Positions 24,586 to 36,429 are shown, counted from the whole stretch's first letter. The stretch is DNA of 63,614 bases, filler included, from Octopus bimaculoides (GCF_001194135.2; 6 parts of 6 records of this genome joined end to end with filler, not necessarily neighbours in it), one strand, 5' to 3'. A program made the numbers and translations. The notes: generated by a model not told the origin, from the letters alone.

Positions 24586-24733
24586 CATTATTTACAATAT
24601 TTACATTATTTACATTTGACGCATATTTGTCCTCATCTTGTTATTAACACAACGTTTCGGCTGATATACCCGCCAGCCTTCATGTTTTGCGGAAATTTCG
24701 AACCTGGGTTCCCATTCCTAAGGTATTTTTCGA

Positions 24734-24798
<65 letters not shown>

Positions 24799-24864
24799 TC
24801 ACTGCTTGGAATAGCACTCGGAATCTTGATGTTTATAGCCGGCGCTCTTAACCACTACGCCATA
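24586..24864 (-). mobile_element. SINE family H, copy 2 (long TAA array, HHR core deleted)
   Basis: Head 'tatggcgtagtggttaagagcgccggctataaacatcaagattccgagtgctattcc', about 19 TAA units, same body; stems II and III perfect but 'cctga' of the CUGAUGA core is missing. Confidence 0.88.
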
Positions 24865-24865
24865 G

Positions 24866-24952
24866 CAACAAAGAAGATGAAGACGAATATCCGTCAAATG
24901 TAAACAATGTAAATAATGCACATAATTCCTCATCTCTTAAATATAGAACTGT
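24866..24952 (+). mobile_element. Inverted copy of the family H 3' tail
   Basis: 'caacaaagaagatgaagacgaatatccgtcaaatgtaaacaatgtaaataatg' is the family H tail in opposite orientation, abutting the head of copy 2. Confidence 0.8.
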
Positions 24953-25091
24953 ATTCGGTAGTGTTGCTATTGACGATTCCCCGGTTATAAAAATATCTCC
25001 TACCAAAAGATCAGGTCCGAACTAGTTCCTAAGTACCTTAGGTAAACCTAGCGAGATAGGCATTGGGTAAGGTTACTTTTATTTGGTCGTT

Positions 25092-25250
25092 AAAGAGAAA
25101 GAGATTATGTGGAGGACGTGAATGAAAGGACTGAAGAGAATCACCTTCCTCTTCGGCCAGCTTCTTAGTAAATTCTTCAAGCTTCACCCGAAAAGGAAGT
25201 CGAAGACTGAGAGGGAGGCGGTGACTCGCTTCAAAACCCTTCGTAGATTC
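25092..25250 (+). mobile_element. L1/Tx1 ORF2 C-terminal fragment
   Basis: KEIMWRT*MKGLKRITFLFGQLLSKFFKLHPKRKSKTERE resembles the C-terminus of Tx1-type ORF2 (from recall). Confidence 0.55.
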
Positions 25251-25285
25251 TGTACAACTCTTCTTATTCTCCTTTTCTATGTTTT

Positions 25286-25517
25286 TATTATTATTATTGT
25301 TCAGTAGTTTTATTTTTATAACGTGCTTTCACTTCACTACCGAGCGCAGCTCTGTGTGCCTTGGGTATGTGCTGTGGTTTGTTGTGGTGCTCTTATGTTT
25401 ACCGTATTGAAAGTGTTTTGCGTAGAATGTGTGCAGTACCCAGTAGTATAATTTTCTGTATGTTATATATATTTGTAAGTCCTGGTGTTTTTGTTATGTA
25501 TTTGTCTGAATATTTTT
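25286..25517 (-). mobile_element. R4/Dong-like non-LTR element 3' end
   Basis: Minus: KYITKTPGLTNIYNIQKIILLGTAHILRKTLSIR*, about 100 nt of 3' UTR, ending in (TAA)4. Confidence 0.8.
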
Positions 25518-25617
25518 NNNNNNNNNNNNNNNNNNNNNNNNNNNNNNNNNNNNNNNNNNNNTTAATTAATTAANNNNNNNNNNNNNNNNNNNNNNNNNNN
25601 NNNNNNNNNNNNNNNNN

Positions 25618-25682
<65 letters not shown>

Positions 25683-27469
25683 TGCCATTTATATTATTAT
25701 TCAAATTCTCATTCCTACCTGTTTCCCTAGACTCAAGTATTTTAATTTTATGTGCTGCTATTATCTGTGTTATGTTCCTAGTATTTGAAAATCCAAATCT
25801 GATTATATGTGTGTTGATAATCTTACCATAGTGTGAGCTCCTTGGGAAGTGTCTACCTGTCACTTCTCTAAACTTAGCTATGTATATATATATGTATATA
25901 TATATATATATGTATATATATATGTATATATATATATGTATATATATGTATATTTATGTATGCATATATATGTATTGTATACACTCAAACACACATGCAC
26001 ACACACACATATGCATAAATATCACCTTTTTGAAATATGACCGTTTACGTATTTATCTATGACTACTTATATATGTATTTTTCAATGTCTTTTATTCCAA
26101 TTCTCCTTTCTATTTTGTAGCCGTTCTACAATTATACACAGTAGCAGCATCTGTTGTGGCTATCCAAGCCAGAATGACTGGTTATTTCTTGTGCATGAAT
26201 TATCTTTCACAGTTATATTCAAGTGTAAGTACGATTGTTATGTTCCCTCGATCCTTCTTAATCCTTTCTGAAATTGATATCAAGTGATTAACGATACGGT
26301 GATACTTCTGCTGTCTAGTGGGAAGATTGTAAATATTTATCATTGTTCCCCAAAGCTTACTGATTGTTGCAAGTAGCAAGGATATTGTTTAATTAACGAG
26401 TGGATTGTTGGCTTTTAATACTGAATTCAGTTTTAACAGAATTCGCTAGGCCTCGAGAAAAAGTGAGGAAATAATTGTGTCAATCTTTTATCGAAGACAA
26501 AATTTTCTGTATTGCCACCTAACCTGGTACACAGCAAAAAATTATTGTTATTGCTTAATCAGAGCGGGGAGCGTAGCACCCTAGTGCCCCCAAGAATGAC
26601 GAGAAAGAAGATTTCCTCAGACCGAAAACCACGTCCGAATGCTTACAAATAATAGCGCTTTACGAATGTGAATCAAGGGTCAATTGCTGCTTTAAATACT
26701 GAGAGAAATTACACCTACATGCATTTTTCGAATTTCATCAAACTTATGACTATAATATATCAATATTTATTTCTGTGTGCACTATACTGTATGTTAATAA
26801 AATTTTCTCGTTAAGTTTTAGGATTTAGAATTTCATAATCTTTACTAGTAGTGTTTTTTGGCATAACAAATATAAGGACTACTTTACTTCGCGACATTTA
26901 ACAAGCGTGCTAAAGTAGTCATTATTAACACAATACAATTTGACAGAAGCTGGGATTATTGCTATGGTTTATAGTATAGTGTAACCTGCGTTCTGAGATT
27001 TTTAGAAAAGTGGCTTAACTCTGTCTCTCGAAAATAAAATGGGCTTTCTAATTATCATCAAAGAAGCAATTAAATAAATAATTGGCTAATGTGTGATGTG
27101 AGGTGGTTATCAACATATATGGAACAGAACATATGAAAATAGGTGCCTGGTCTTCGAAACAAGAAAGAGACAAAGTGACAGGCGTCACCTATCCAGCCAT
27201 GGGCAGGTGCTACAATATACGGGCCACCGTATTACAAAGATTACATTCAGGGGCATTGAATATTGATTCATCATTACAATGGTCACCAAAAATTGCAATT
27301 GTCATACAATTACCAATGACTGCCGAAGAATACAGAACCATCCTGGAGACATATTCCATTGTGGGTGCTGAAAGAAAAGTCTCGTGGTGCAGGCATCTGT
27401 TGTATTCGAAATAAGAACCTCTTTAACGTTTCCTGTCTTGAATAACCGAAAAGGTACACGTGACGACAT

Positions 27470-27858
27470 ATAGGCGTAGCTCTGTAGTAAGAAGTTTGCT
27501 TTTCAACCATATGGTTCCGGGTTCAGTCCCATTACACCGAAACTTGCGCAAGAGTTTCTTCTAATAGCATCGGGCCGACCACAACTTTGTGAGTGGATTT
27601 AGAAGACGGAAACTGAAGGAAACTCGTCGTATGTATATTTATATGTGTGAGTCTTCGTGTATATCTTTGTTCCACACCTCTTGACATCCGGTGCTGGTTT
27701 GTTTACGTCCCCATAATTTAGCACTTTGGTAAATGGCTGATAGAATAAGGCTTTACAAAAAATAAAATAAAATACACACTGGTGTCTATTCGTACGACTA
27801 AAATTCTTCAAGGCGGTATGCCCCCATGGCTGCAGTGTTGTCACTGAAACAAGTACAA
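27470..27858 (+). mobile_element. SINE family B
   Basis: Head 'ggttccgggttcagtccca', body 'gtgagtggattt..gacggaaactgaa', tail 'ctgaaacaagta'. Confidence 0.85.
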
Positions 27859-28078
27859 TATATATATATGTGTGACTGTGAGTGTCTGTGTGTATCTGTG
27901 TGTGCGTGCGTGCGTGCGTGCATGCGTCTGTGTGTGGGTGTCTTTGTGTACATTCACACCCACACACACCCACACACACACATATATATATATGCATGTA
28001 TATATATATATATATATATANNNNNNNNNNNNNNNNNNNNNNNNNNNNNNNNNNNNNNNNNNNNNNNNNNNNNNNNNN

Positions 28079-28122
<44 letters not shown>

Positions 28123-28515
28123 CATGCAATGAGAAAGAGACAGACAGACAGACAACCGGAAGGGAGAACGAGTGGTTGACAGGCAGTAGAGCTAGCAAAG
28201 AAAGCAGCTCTATCCAGATGCTACTAATTTTAAGTGTCTATCGCCTGCAGCTCCTAGGATAGCATTGAAACTTGCTATGATCTCGGTGTCAGAAGCCGAG
28301 AAATTCACAAGGAAGCTGGAGACCAGGTAACAAAACCATCCTTTCTCCTTAGTAATACATAATTTTGTGACAATGGGGAGCAAACACAGGATGGATATGG
28401 AAAAAAGCTGTGAATAGCAGTAAAATCTAAAAAAAGATAAGGAAATGAAACCCGAACAAAAGGTGCGTAACACGCAAACTCTCGATCTGAAAAAGGTGAC
28501 AGCCGTGAGAGTCGA

Positions 28516-28790
28516 ACATTAAAGATTGTTCCTGTTGTCATCGGAGCATTGGGTTCAATACCTCCCAACCTGAAGAAACATCTGGACACTTTAGAGATAC
28601 CCGACAATCTTGGCGTATTGCAAAAATCGGTTTTATTTGGAACTACACACATACTGCGTAAAGTACTCTGCCTGAGGTCCTTGTTCTGACTTGACAAGTA
28701 GTACAAATCCCAGCTACACACAGTATCCTCAATCAACAACATGGCAATATTAGATCATGTGTGAATTGTTTAACAACAACAACAACGACG
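28516..28790 (+). mobile_element. R4/Dong-like element 3' end
   Basis: KIVPVVIGALGSIPPNLKKHLDTLEIPDNLGVLQKSVLFGTTHILRKVL; 3' UTR ends in (AAC)n. Confidence 0.85.
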
Positions 28791-28814
28791 ACGAAGGGCA
28801 GCAGTTTTTTTTTG

Positions 28815-28915
28815 GGGGGGGGAGTCTTTCACTGGTACTTAATTTATCGACCCCAAAAGGAGGAAAGGCAAAGTCGACCTCGGCGGAAGTTGAACTCAGA
28901 ACGGCAAATATTCTG
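28815..28915 (-). mobile_element. SINE family A fragment
   Basis: 'actggtacttaatttatcgacccc..aaggcaaagtcgacctcggcggaagttgaactcagaacg'. Confidence 0.85.
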
Positions 28916-28939
28916 CTCAATACTACAAATTTGCTTGAC

Positions 28940-29368
28940 ACTTACTTGACCTTAACCAGTTGTGTATTCCCTTAGTGGCTGAAGATATGTGCATTTCTGA
29001 TCACGAGCAAAAATAGTGGGTGAGCATCATAGCCAGGTGCTGAGACGAATTCTTTTGGGTTTGAATAATTCGCCTCTGGAAACATGGGTTTCATTCATCA
29101 CCCATAAACAAACCTTACTCACAGACCTTTTGAGGAGGATGGACTACTTGGCCCGAAGAAAATTCTAACTGGGCCTGACCTGCAAGGTCATGCGCTGTTT
29201 ACTTTGATATAAGATCGCCATGTCGCGCACATGTGGTTGTGATGCATGTGTCTGGTGTACCCTTATCAGACGGGTAGTCATGATGTGTATAATGGGCTTT
29301 GTATATATGTGCCCCAATTTCACTCTGATGTAATGCATTGCTTTCTCAATTATAATAATAATAACAAT
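28940..29368 (+). mobile_element. Non-coding dispersed repeat of about 430 bp ending in (TAA)n
   Basis: Non-coding, bounded 3' by 'aattataataataataac'; recognised from recall as a high-copy octopus repeat; single copy in this window. Confidence 0.45.
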
Positions 29369-29399
29369 CAACAAGGGACTACACAATCAGTTCCATGTA

Positions 29400-30124
29400 G
29401 CCATAAATGAAGTTGCTGGAAAACGTAGGTGGGATTGGCTGATGAAAAGAACACTGAAAAAATGAGAGACTGAGAACAACATACGGGCAGCGCAAGAGCA
29501 AGCTTTGGCCACAAACTGGAGGGTCAGCCTTAGGAATGTGCAAGTGTCTTTAATGTGCCGCATCTGTAGTAGAGTAGAAATTATTACCCATATCGTGAAC
29601 AAATGCCCTACATTTGCTCAAAACTTACAATAATTGTGTCGACACAATTAGATGGCGAAAGTGCTATATTGGAAACTATACGAAAAGTGTGATCTAGGGA
29701 GAGGCAAAATGTGGTATGAGCACAAATCGCAAAAATTGGCAAGTTGAGAACCGTCAAAATTCTGTGGAATCTCCCAATCCAAACAGATAAGGTGTCTGAG
29801 TATAACAAGCCGGACCTAGTGGTGGCAGACAAGGTACACCACATATGCTATATAATTAATGTTGCGAGCCCTTTTCACTCAAGAATAGTCAAGAAGGAAG
29901 GCGAAAAAATTGGCATGTACGATTCTCTTATGTACGAAATAGCCCAGCTATGGAAAATAAAGAAAGTGAAGATAATGCCAATTATTGTTGGGTCCTTGGG
30001 GACAGTATCAGAGGGCATCGAGATAAATATAAACGAAATCGGTATAGAATACCCAGTAGAATTGTTACAAAAGGTTTGCCTCTTTGACATTGCTAGAGTG
30101 ATCAGAATAGTACTAGATAGTTGA
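29400..30124 (+). mobile_element. R4/Dong-like C-terminal region (CCHC knuckle + restriction-like endonuclease)
   Basis: RAAQEQALATN..MCRIC..ITHIVNKC..KILWNLPIQTDK..NKPDLVVADK..IMPIIVGSLGTV..LQKVCL..ARVIRIVLDS*. Confidence 0.9.
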
Positions 30125-30129
30125 AAAAA

Positions 30130-31873
30130 GAGATAGTATGGTACCGTTGGCTGAAGGTAGCAATCCTGTTATGAATGCAATACTCCAGGAGTCCGGATAT
30201 CGCACATGTAGTTAAAATGAATAATAACCACAACTGCGGTATCGGGACTGGAAATGTTAACAGTAAAAATGTCGAGCACGGCAGGCAGGGAGTATCTGAA
30301 TAAGCTCCTGTAGGTTGTTATCAAGCTATTGACCAGGAGCAAAATCGCAGTCAAAAGTGCAAAAGAAAAAGAAAAAAATAATGAAGTGGGAAAAGAAGTA
30401 AATAAAATAGTAATAGAATGCTGGCTGAGAAGAGAGCCAAATAAAAGAGGCTTCATGATTTGAATGAAGAGAACATGGGATGAAAAAAGAGGTTTTGAAG
30501 CGTCTGTCCAGCGACTGATGACCAAGCTAGAACAATCTGTAAGAAAGAAAAAAGCAAGTGAAAACAAAGAACCACACTAGAGGAAGAGAATACAAATGAA
30601 GTTGGAAAAGACACGGAAAGAACTGGGGCAATTGAATAGGATAATGAGATGAGAGCTCAAGAATAAGGTAGTAATCAGAAAATTGAATGGACAGTACAGG
30701 TTAAAAGAAAGGAAATCAAATGGTACATGAAGAATTGACACAAAAGGTGACAGTATTAAAGGCCAAATTGAAAACACATAAAGCTAGATGCAAAGGTTTC
30801 GAACAGAATAGACTATTCCAATCATATAGAAGGCGTCTGCTTGAGGAAATAGAGAGAGGCCAGCACTGGGAACTGATTCCAGATGCAGAAGAAAGTAAAA
30901 AGTTTTGGAGAAGGCTGTGGAACAGGCCAGCGAAACATAAAGAAAGCGCGGAGTGGTTAACAAAGTTAGAAAAACAACTTGCAACTATACCAAGATAAAA
31001 CGATGTCAGAATTAATTTATATACATTGAGACAGAATTTAAAAAAGATAGCAAGTTGGAAAGGACCAGACCCGGATGGATTACAAGGTTATTGGCTGAAA
31101 AACTTTACACAGTTGCATGAAAAGATTGCTGCGCAACTGGATGACTGCCTATAACAAGATCACGTCCTTGCCTGGATGACCAGTGGACGAACACTGCTAT
31201 GCCTCAAGGATTCCTGGAAAGGGAACTTAACATCAAGTTTTCGACCTATAACCTGTTTATCACTAATGTGTAAGCTTATGACCGGTGTCTTGGCGGAAGA
31301 GTTATACAACAATCTGGAAAGTAACAATCTACTTCCAGAAGAACAGAAACAAAGTAGGGCAACATAAGACCACAAGATTGTCGATAAATTGATAATTAGA
31401 AATTGTAGAAGCACGTTGACGGGACTGAATGTAGCATGCTAGATTACAAAAAGGATTATGACATGGAACCACACAGTTGGATAAGTACAACAATGAGCAT
31501 GTTTGAAATAGCAACAAAAAAACATCCCGAAAATGCTTAATAAAAGTATGAAATATTGGAATACCGAATTGATGAGAGGAAAAAAAAACTCGGAAAGGCA
31601 GATCATGCGAACTGTAAAGGTCGTGCCTATAATAATTGGAGCGTCGGGCTCAGTAAGCCAAGATATAGACAAATGGCTGAAGAAGATTGAAATAGAAAGA
31701 CGGGTAGGTCTCCTACAGGAAGTTTGCCTCTTGGAGACAGCAAGGATTTCCAGGAGGGTTCTAAGCATTTGAAAAGCTGCCGAAAACGTGTGGATATCTA
31801 AGATCACAGGTAGTAACCCGCTACTCACAAAGAATAAGACAAAACCTGAGCTGCTTCAAATTTACAGAAAAGA
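30130..31873 (+). mobile_element. R4/Dong-like element with large internal deletion
   Basis: N-terminal KWGKEVNKIVIECW, FEQNRLFQ, WKGPDPDGLQGYWLK, FRPITCLSLMCKLMTGVLAE, SMKYWNTEL; at about 31603 it jumps to the terminal VKVVPIIIGASGSV..LLETARISRRVLSI*, short 3' UTR, then (TAA)n. Confidence 0.9.

Positions 31874-31970
<97 letters not shown>
31874..31970. repeat. (TAA)n array at the 3' end of the Dong-like element
   Basis: About 32 perfect units read directly. Confidence 0.95.
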
Positions 31971-31971
<1 letters not shown>

Positions 31972-32637
31972 AGCTCACGTGACAACGAGCTACCGGGAAG
32001 ATATATCAACNNNNNNNNNNNNNNNNNNNNNNNNNNNNNNNNNNNNNNNNNNNNNNNNNNNNNNNNNNNNNNNNNNNNNNNNNNNNNNNNNNNNNNNNNN
32101 NNNNNNNNNNNNNNNNNNNNNNNNNNNNNNNNNNNNNNNNNNNNNNNNNNNNNNNNNNNNNNNNNNNNNNNNNNNNNNNNNNNNNNNNNNNNNNNNNNNN
32201 NNNNNNNNNNNNNNNNNNNNNNNNNNNNNNNNNNNNNNNNNNNNNNNNNNNNNNNNNNNNNNNNNNNNNNNNNNNNNNNNNNNNNNNNNNNNNNNNNNNN
32301 NNNNNNNNNNNNNNNNNNNNNNNNNNNNNNNNNNNNNNNNNNNNNNNNNNNNNNNNNNNNNNNNNNNNNNNNNNNNNNNNNNNNNNNNNNNNNNNNNNNN
32401 NNNNNNNNNNNNNNNNNNNNNNNNNNNNNNNNNNNNNNNNNNNNNNNNNNNNNNNNNNNNNNNNNNNNNNNNNNNNNNNNNNNNNNNNNNNNNNNNNNNN
32501 NNNNNNNNNNNNNNNNNNNNNNNNNNNNNNNNNNNNNNNNNNNNNNNNNNNNNNNNNNNNNNNNNNNNNNNNNNNNNNNNNNNNNNNNNNNNNNNNNNNN
32601 NATGTATGTATAAATATACATATATATATATATATAC

Positions 32638-32723
<86 letters not shown>

Positions 32724-33799
32724 AAGTATGTATGTATGTATGTATATGCAAAAAATAGCTTTCCCTAGATGCATCGCCACACCAATATGTGCATAAAAAT
32801 GTAAACACGGCAATATTTCTATAGGAAAACTGCAAACCTGTGAATAAAAGTTTAAATTTTGAATTTGAAATTTTAATTACATATACATCCATATTTATAT
32901 AAGACCTCCATAGAAAGCCGATCGCCGACAGAAGAACACATCTAATGCAACAGAAGACTCAAACCAAACCGCATAACAAGACCTATTGATGCAATACAAT
33001 ATCCCCTCCGCAAAAGATGCAGCACACACCACTCCACCAGCACAAAGGTGACACAATGACGCAATAGAAAGTTGCATGAACTTATCAGATGTCGAAAAAT
33101 AATAGTGGTAATGACGGTGGTGACGGGATTTACCTTACCTCACTTTCTGAGAGACATGAGTTTTCGAAGAAACTCTGGCTGTAACAGCGAAAGTGAAGCT
33201 GGACATTTAAGGGAAGGCCTCTCACTTGGCAGTGGTTCAGTAAAGATGCAGACTGACCACAGTTGTTATCCTAAGACAACAGCAGCAGATAATTGTGTGA
33301 GAAGANNNNNNNNNNNNNNNNNNNNNNNNNNNNNNNNNNNNNNNNNNNNTTAATTAATTAANNNNNNNNNNNNNNNNNNNNNNNNNNNNNNNNNNNNNNN
33401 NNNNNTGTATGATGTATGTATATATGTGTGTATGTATGTGTGTGTGTATGTATGGGCTCGCGTGGGCTAGTGTGCTTGTGAGCTTCAGGTGTATACCTGT
33501 TTATGGGGGGAAACGTACACGTGTATATGTGTGCGCGTGCGTTTGTGTACCTATGTGTATATGTGTATGCGTACGTGTGTGTGCGTCCGTATGTGTGTGT
33601 GTGCATGTGTGTGTGTGTGTGAGAGTGTGTGTGTGTGTGCGTGTGCGTGTGTGTGTGAGTGTGAGTGTGTGTGTGTGTGTGCGCGATTCTGAGTTCGGGG
33701 ATAGAGGTATGCGATGAGGAGGTTCAAATGAAGAAATGAAGTCGAATGCGATAAAGATTCTCACAGGAACGATGAAGGACGGAGACTGACGGAGAGGAA

Positions 33800-33942
33800 G
33801 AATGCAAGAGAGGAAATAAGAGAGAGAGAGAGAGGGAGAGAGAGACGAAGGGAGAAGGGAAAGAGGAAAAGGAATTTGAAAAATAAAAAGCGGGGCAAAA
33901 GAGAAAGAGAATTTGAGAGAGAGACAGAGAGAGAGAGAGACA

Positions 33943-33980
<38 letters not shown>

Positions 33981-34076
33981 AAGAGAGAGAATGAGAGTTA
34001 AAGGGAGAAGGGAAAGGTGAAAAAGAATGGAAAAAATAAAAAGCGGTGGGGTGGGAAAGAGAGAGAGAATTTGAGA

Positions 34077-34114
<38 letters not shown>

Positions 34115-34470
34115 ATNNNNNNNNNNNNNNNNNNNNNNNNNNNNNNNNNNNGAGAGAGAGAGAATTTGAGAGAGAGAGAATTTGATAGAGAGAGTGAGAG
34201 AGAGAGAGGGAGTTAAAGGGAGAAGGGAAAGATGGAAAAGAATGAGAAAAATAAAAAAGCGGTGGGGTGGGAGAGAGAGAGAGAATTTGAGAGAGAGAGA
34301 ATTTGAGAGAGAGAGAATTTGAGAGCGAGAGAGAGAGAGAGGGAGGGAGGAGAGAGAAAATGAGAGTTAAAGGGAGGAGGGAAAGAGGAAAAGGAATGGA
34401 AAAAATAAAAAGCGGTGGGGTGGGAAAGAGAGAGAGAGAGAATTTGAGAGAGGGAGAGAGAGAGAGAAAG
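33800..34470. repeat. Purine-rich minisatellite (GA tracts plus a repeated unit of roughly 100-170 bp)
   Basis: 'gagttaaaggga..ggaaa..aaaataaaaagcggtggggtggga..gagagagagaatttgagaga' recurs near 33995, 34208 and 34363, with a degenerate copy near 33850. Confidence 0.85.
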
Positions 34471-34939
34471 GTCGTGTGCGAAAAGAGATGGAGAAGTGGC
34501 TATGTATGTTGGAATAAAAATATGATGATAAAATCAGGGGAAAAGAGGGGGTTGTGACAAAGAGAGAGAAAAAAGTATGGATAACGATGCCAAAACTGTG
34601 ATTGGAAATTAGTGGAAAGACAGAGTTTTAAGTGAGATATAAGTATGTGTTGATATGTTTAAATGTATATTTTAAATGTGTATTTAAACATTTGTTTTTG
34701 TATACATACACACAAATATGCGCATGCATCGTTGATATATATGCATCTATCTGTCTGTCTATATATCTATCTATCTATCTATCTATCTATCAATCAATCT
34801 AACCGTTTAATTCGGCTCCATACATACATTTCACCGTTTCGTTTTCCTGTCTTGTTTTCCGTCCGTCACTACCCTCCACGAAAACAATTTAATTTGTGTT
34901 CGTGGGAAGAACCATTTTAACGATGCGTACTGCCTTAAT

Positions 34940-34984
34940 TCTTCGAAACGCCGGAGTTTTAATGGTGGCAGCTGATGAAGGGGA
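34940..34984 (+). ncRNA. Candidate permuted (type II order) hammerhead-like motif
   Basis: UCUUC-GAAA-CGCCGGAG-UU-(13 nt)-CUGAUGA-A-GGGGA; stem II 5 bp with two wobbles, near-palindromic stem III, stem I only 2 bp. Confidence 0.3.
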
Positions 34985-35498
34985 TGTTTCTATGTGGCCT
35001 GCTTGTTTGTTGCACCTTGTTTACCATTTTGTTCTTGTTCTTTTGCCACGTCATGTACCCAGTTATGTATCTATATGTACATGTGGATGAACGTATATAC
35101 ATACATGTACATATATATGCATATACTCATATATTGTTTATATATATATANNNNNNNNNNNNNNNNNNNNNNNNNNNNNNNNNNNNNNNNNNNNNNNNNN
35201 NNNNNNNNNNNNNNNNNNNNNNNNNNNNNNNNNNNNNNNNNNNNNNNNNNNNNNNNNNNNNNNNNNNNNNNNNNNNNNNNNNNNNNNNNNNNNNNNNNNN
35301 NNNNNNNNNNNNNNNNNNNNNNNNNNNNNNNNNNNNNNNNNNNNNNNNNNNNNNNNNNNNNNNNNNNNNNNNNNNNNNNNNNNNNNNNNNNNNNNNNNNN
35401 NNNNNNNNNNNNNNNNNNNNNNNNNNNNNNNNNNNNNNNNNNNNNNNNNNNNNNNNNNNNNNNNNNNNNNNNNNNNNNNNNNNNNNNNNNNNNNNNNN

Positions 35499-35532
<34 letters not shown>

Positions 35533-35534
<2 letters not shown>

Positions 35535-35698
35535 GACAGGCTTCTTTCAGTTTCCGTTTACCAAATCCACCCACAGGGCTCTGGTCGGCCCGAGGCTATA
35601 GTAGAAGACACTTGCCCAAGATGCCACGCAGTGGGACTGAACCCAGAACCATGTGGTTGGTAAGCAAGCTACTTACCGCACAGCCACTCCTGCGCCTA
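35533..35698 (-). mobile_element. SINE family B 5' half
   Basis: High identity to 8927-9090, complete head to 'cagccactcctgcgcc'. Confidence 0.92.
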
Positions 35699-36429
35699 TT
35701 CTTATTTTATAACAATTTTCTGGAAATCTTTCGTTACACATCTGTGACCTCTTCAGCGACTTTCCATCCCGCATAAACAAGTAAAGAACGAATATATAGC
35801 GCGTGTGTTTATTTGTCCAGAAAAAAAAAATGACTGTCCCGAAATATAACAATATCGGTTTCAACACACGATTTCACACCAGGGATCATGCAAAACAAAT
35901 TCATAAACGTAATACTTTTCTATAATTTTATTTTTATCTGCTTTTAAAGCTATTTTTGCGATTTTGTAATGAATATCTTTCCATGTATATTGTTTTATGT
36001 ATTTTAGAAGAATCCCATTAATAAAAAAAGTTTGAGAATCTTCATTGTTCTAAAAATGGTACGGTATAACAGTAATCCTGCTCAATTTCCCAGGCATGCT
36101 TGGATCAACAGGTCAAAGTGGTGTGTCAAACAAGTTGAATGACCATCAAGCCTGTTGGCTAGTTATACTGGAATCATTGAGCCAACTGGTGCAACGAACT
36201 GGGATCTGAAGGAGTTCAATATACGTTGTGGGGAGGCTCAGAAAGGGTGATAAGCTGTACATAAAAATCTCAGCGGAGCTCAACTCAACGCTGTTTGTAG
36301 CTGGTATTTATCTATGGTGAAAGCACTTTTGATAGAACCTATACGCGCGCGCAGGCACACACGCACACACACATGCACATACACGTACGCACACACACAC
36401 GCACACATACATACACACACACACATCAA

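Noticed and set aside
25562-25573. TTAATTAATTAA flanked by about 44 N on each side (also 33350-33361, 38411-38422, 59352-59363, 61242-61253)
   Set aside because: Identical palindromic spacer with stops in all frames inside fixed-length N runs: a scaffolding artefact, not biology.
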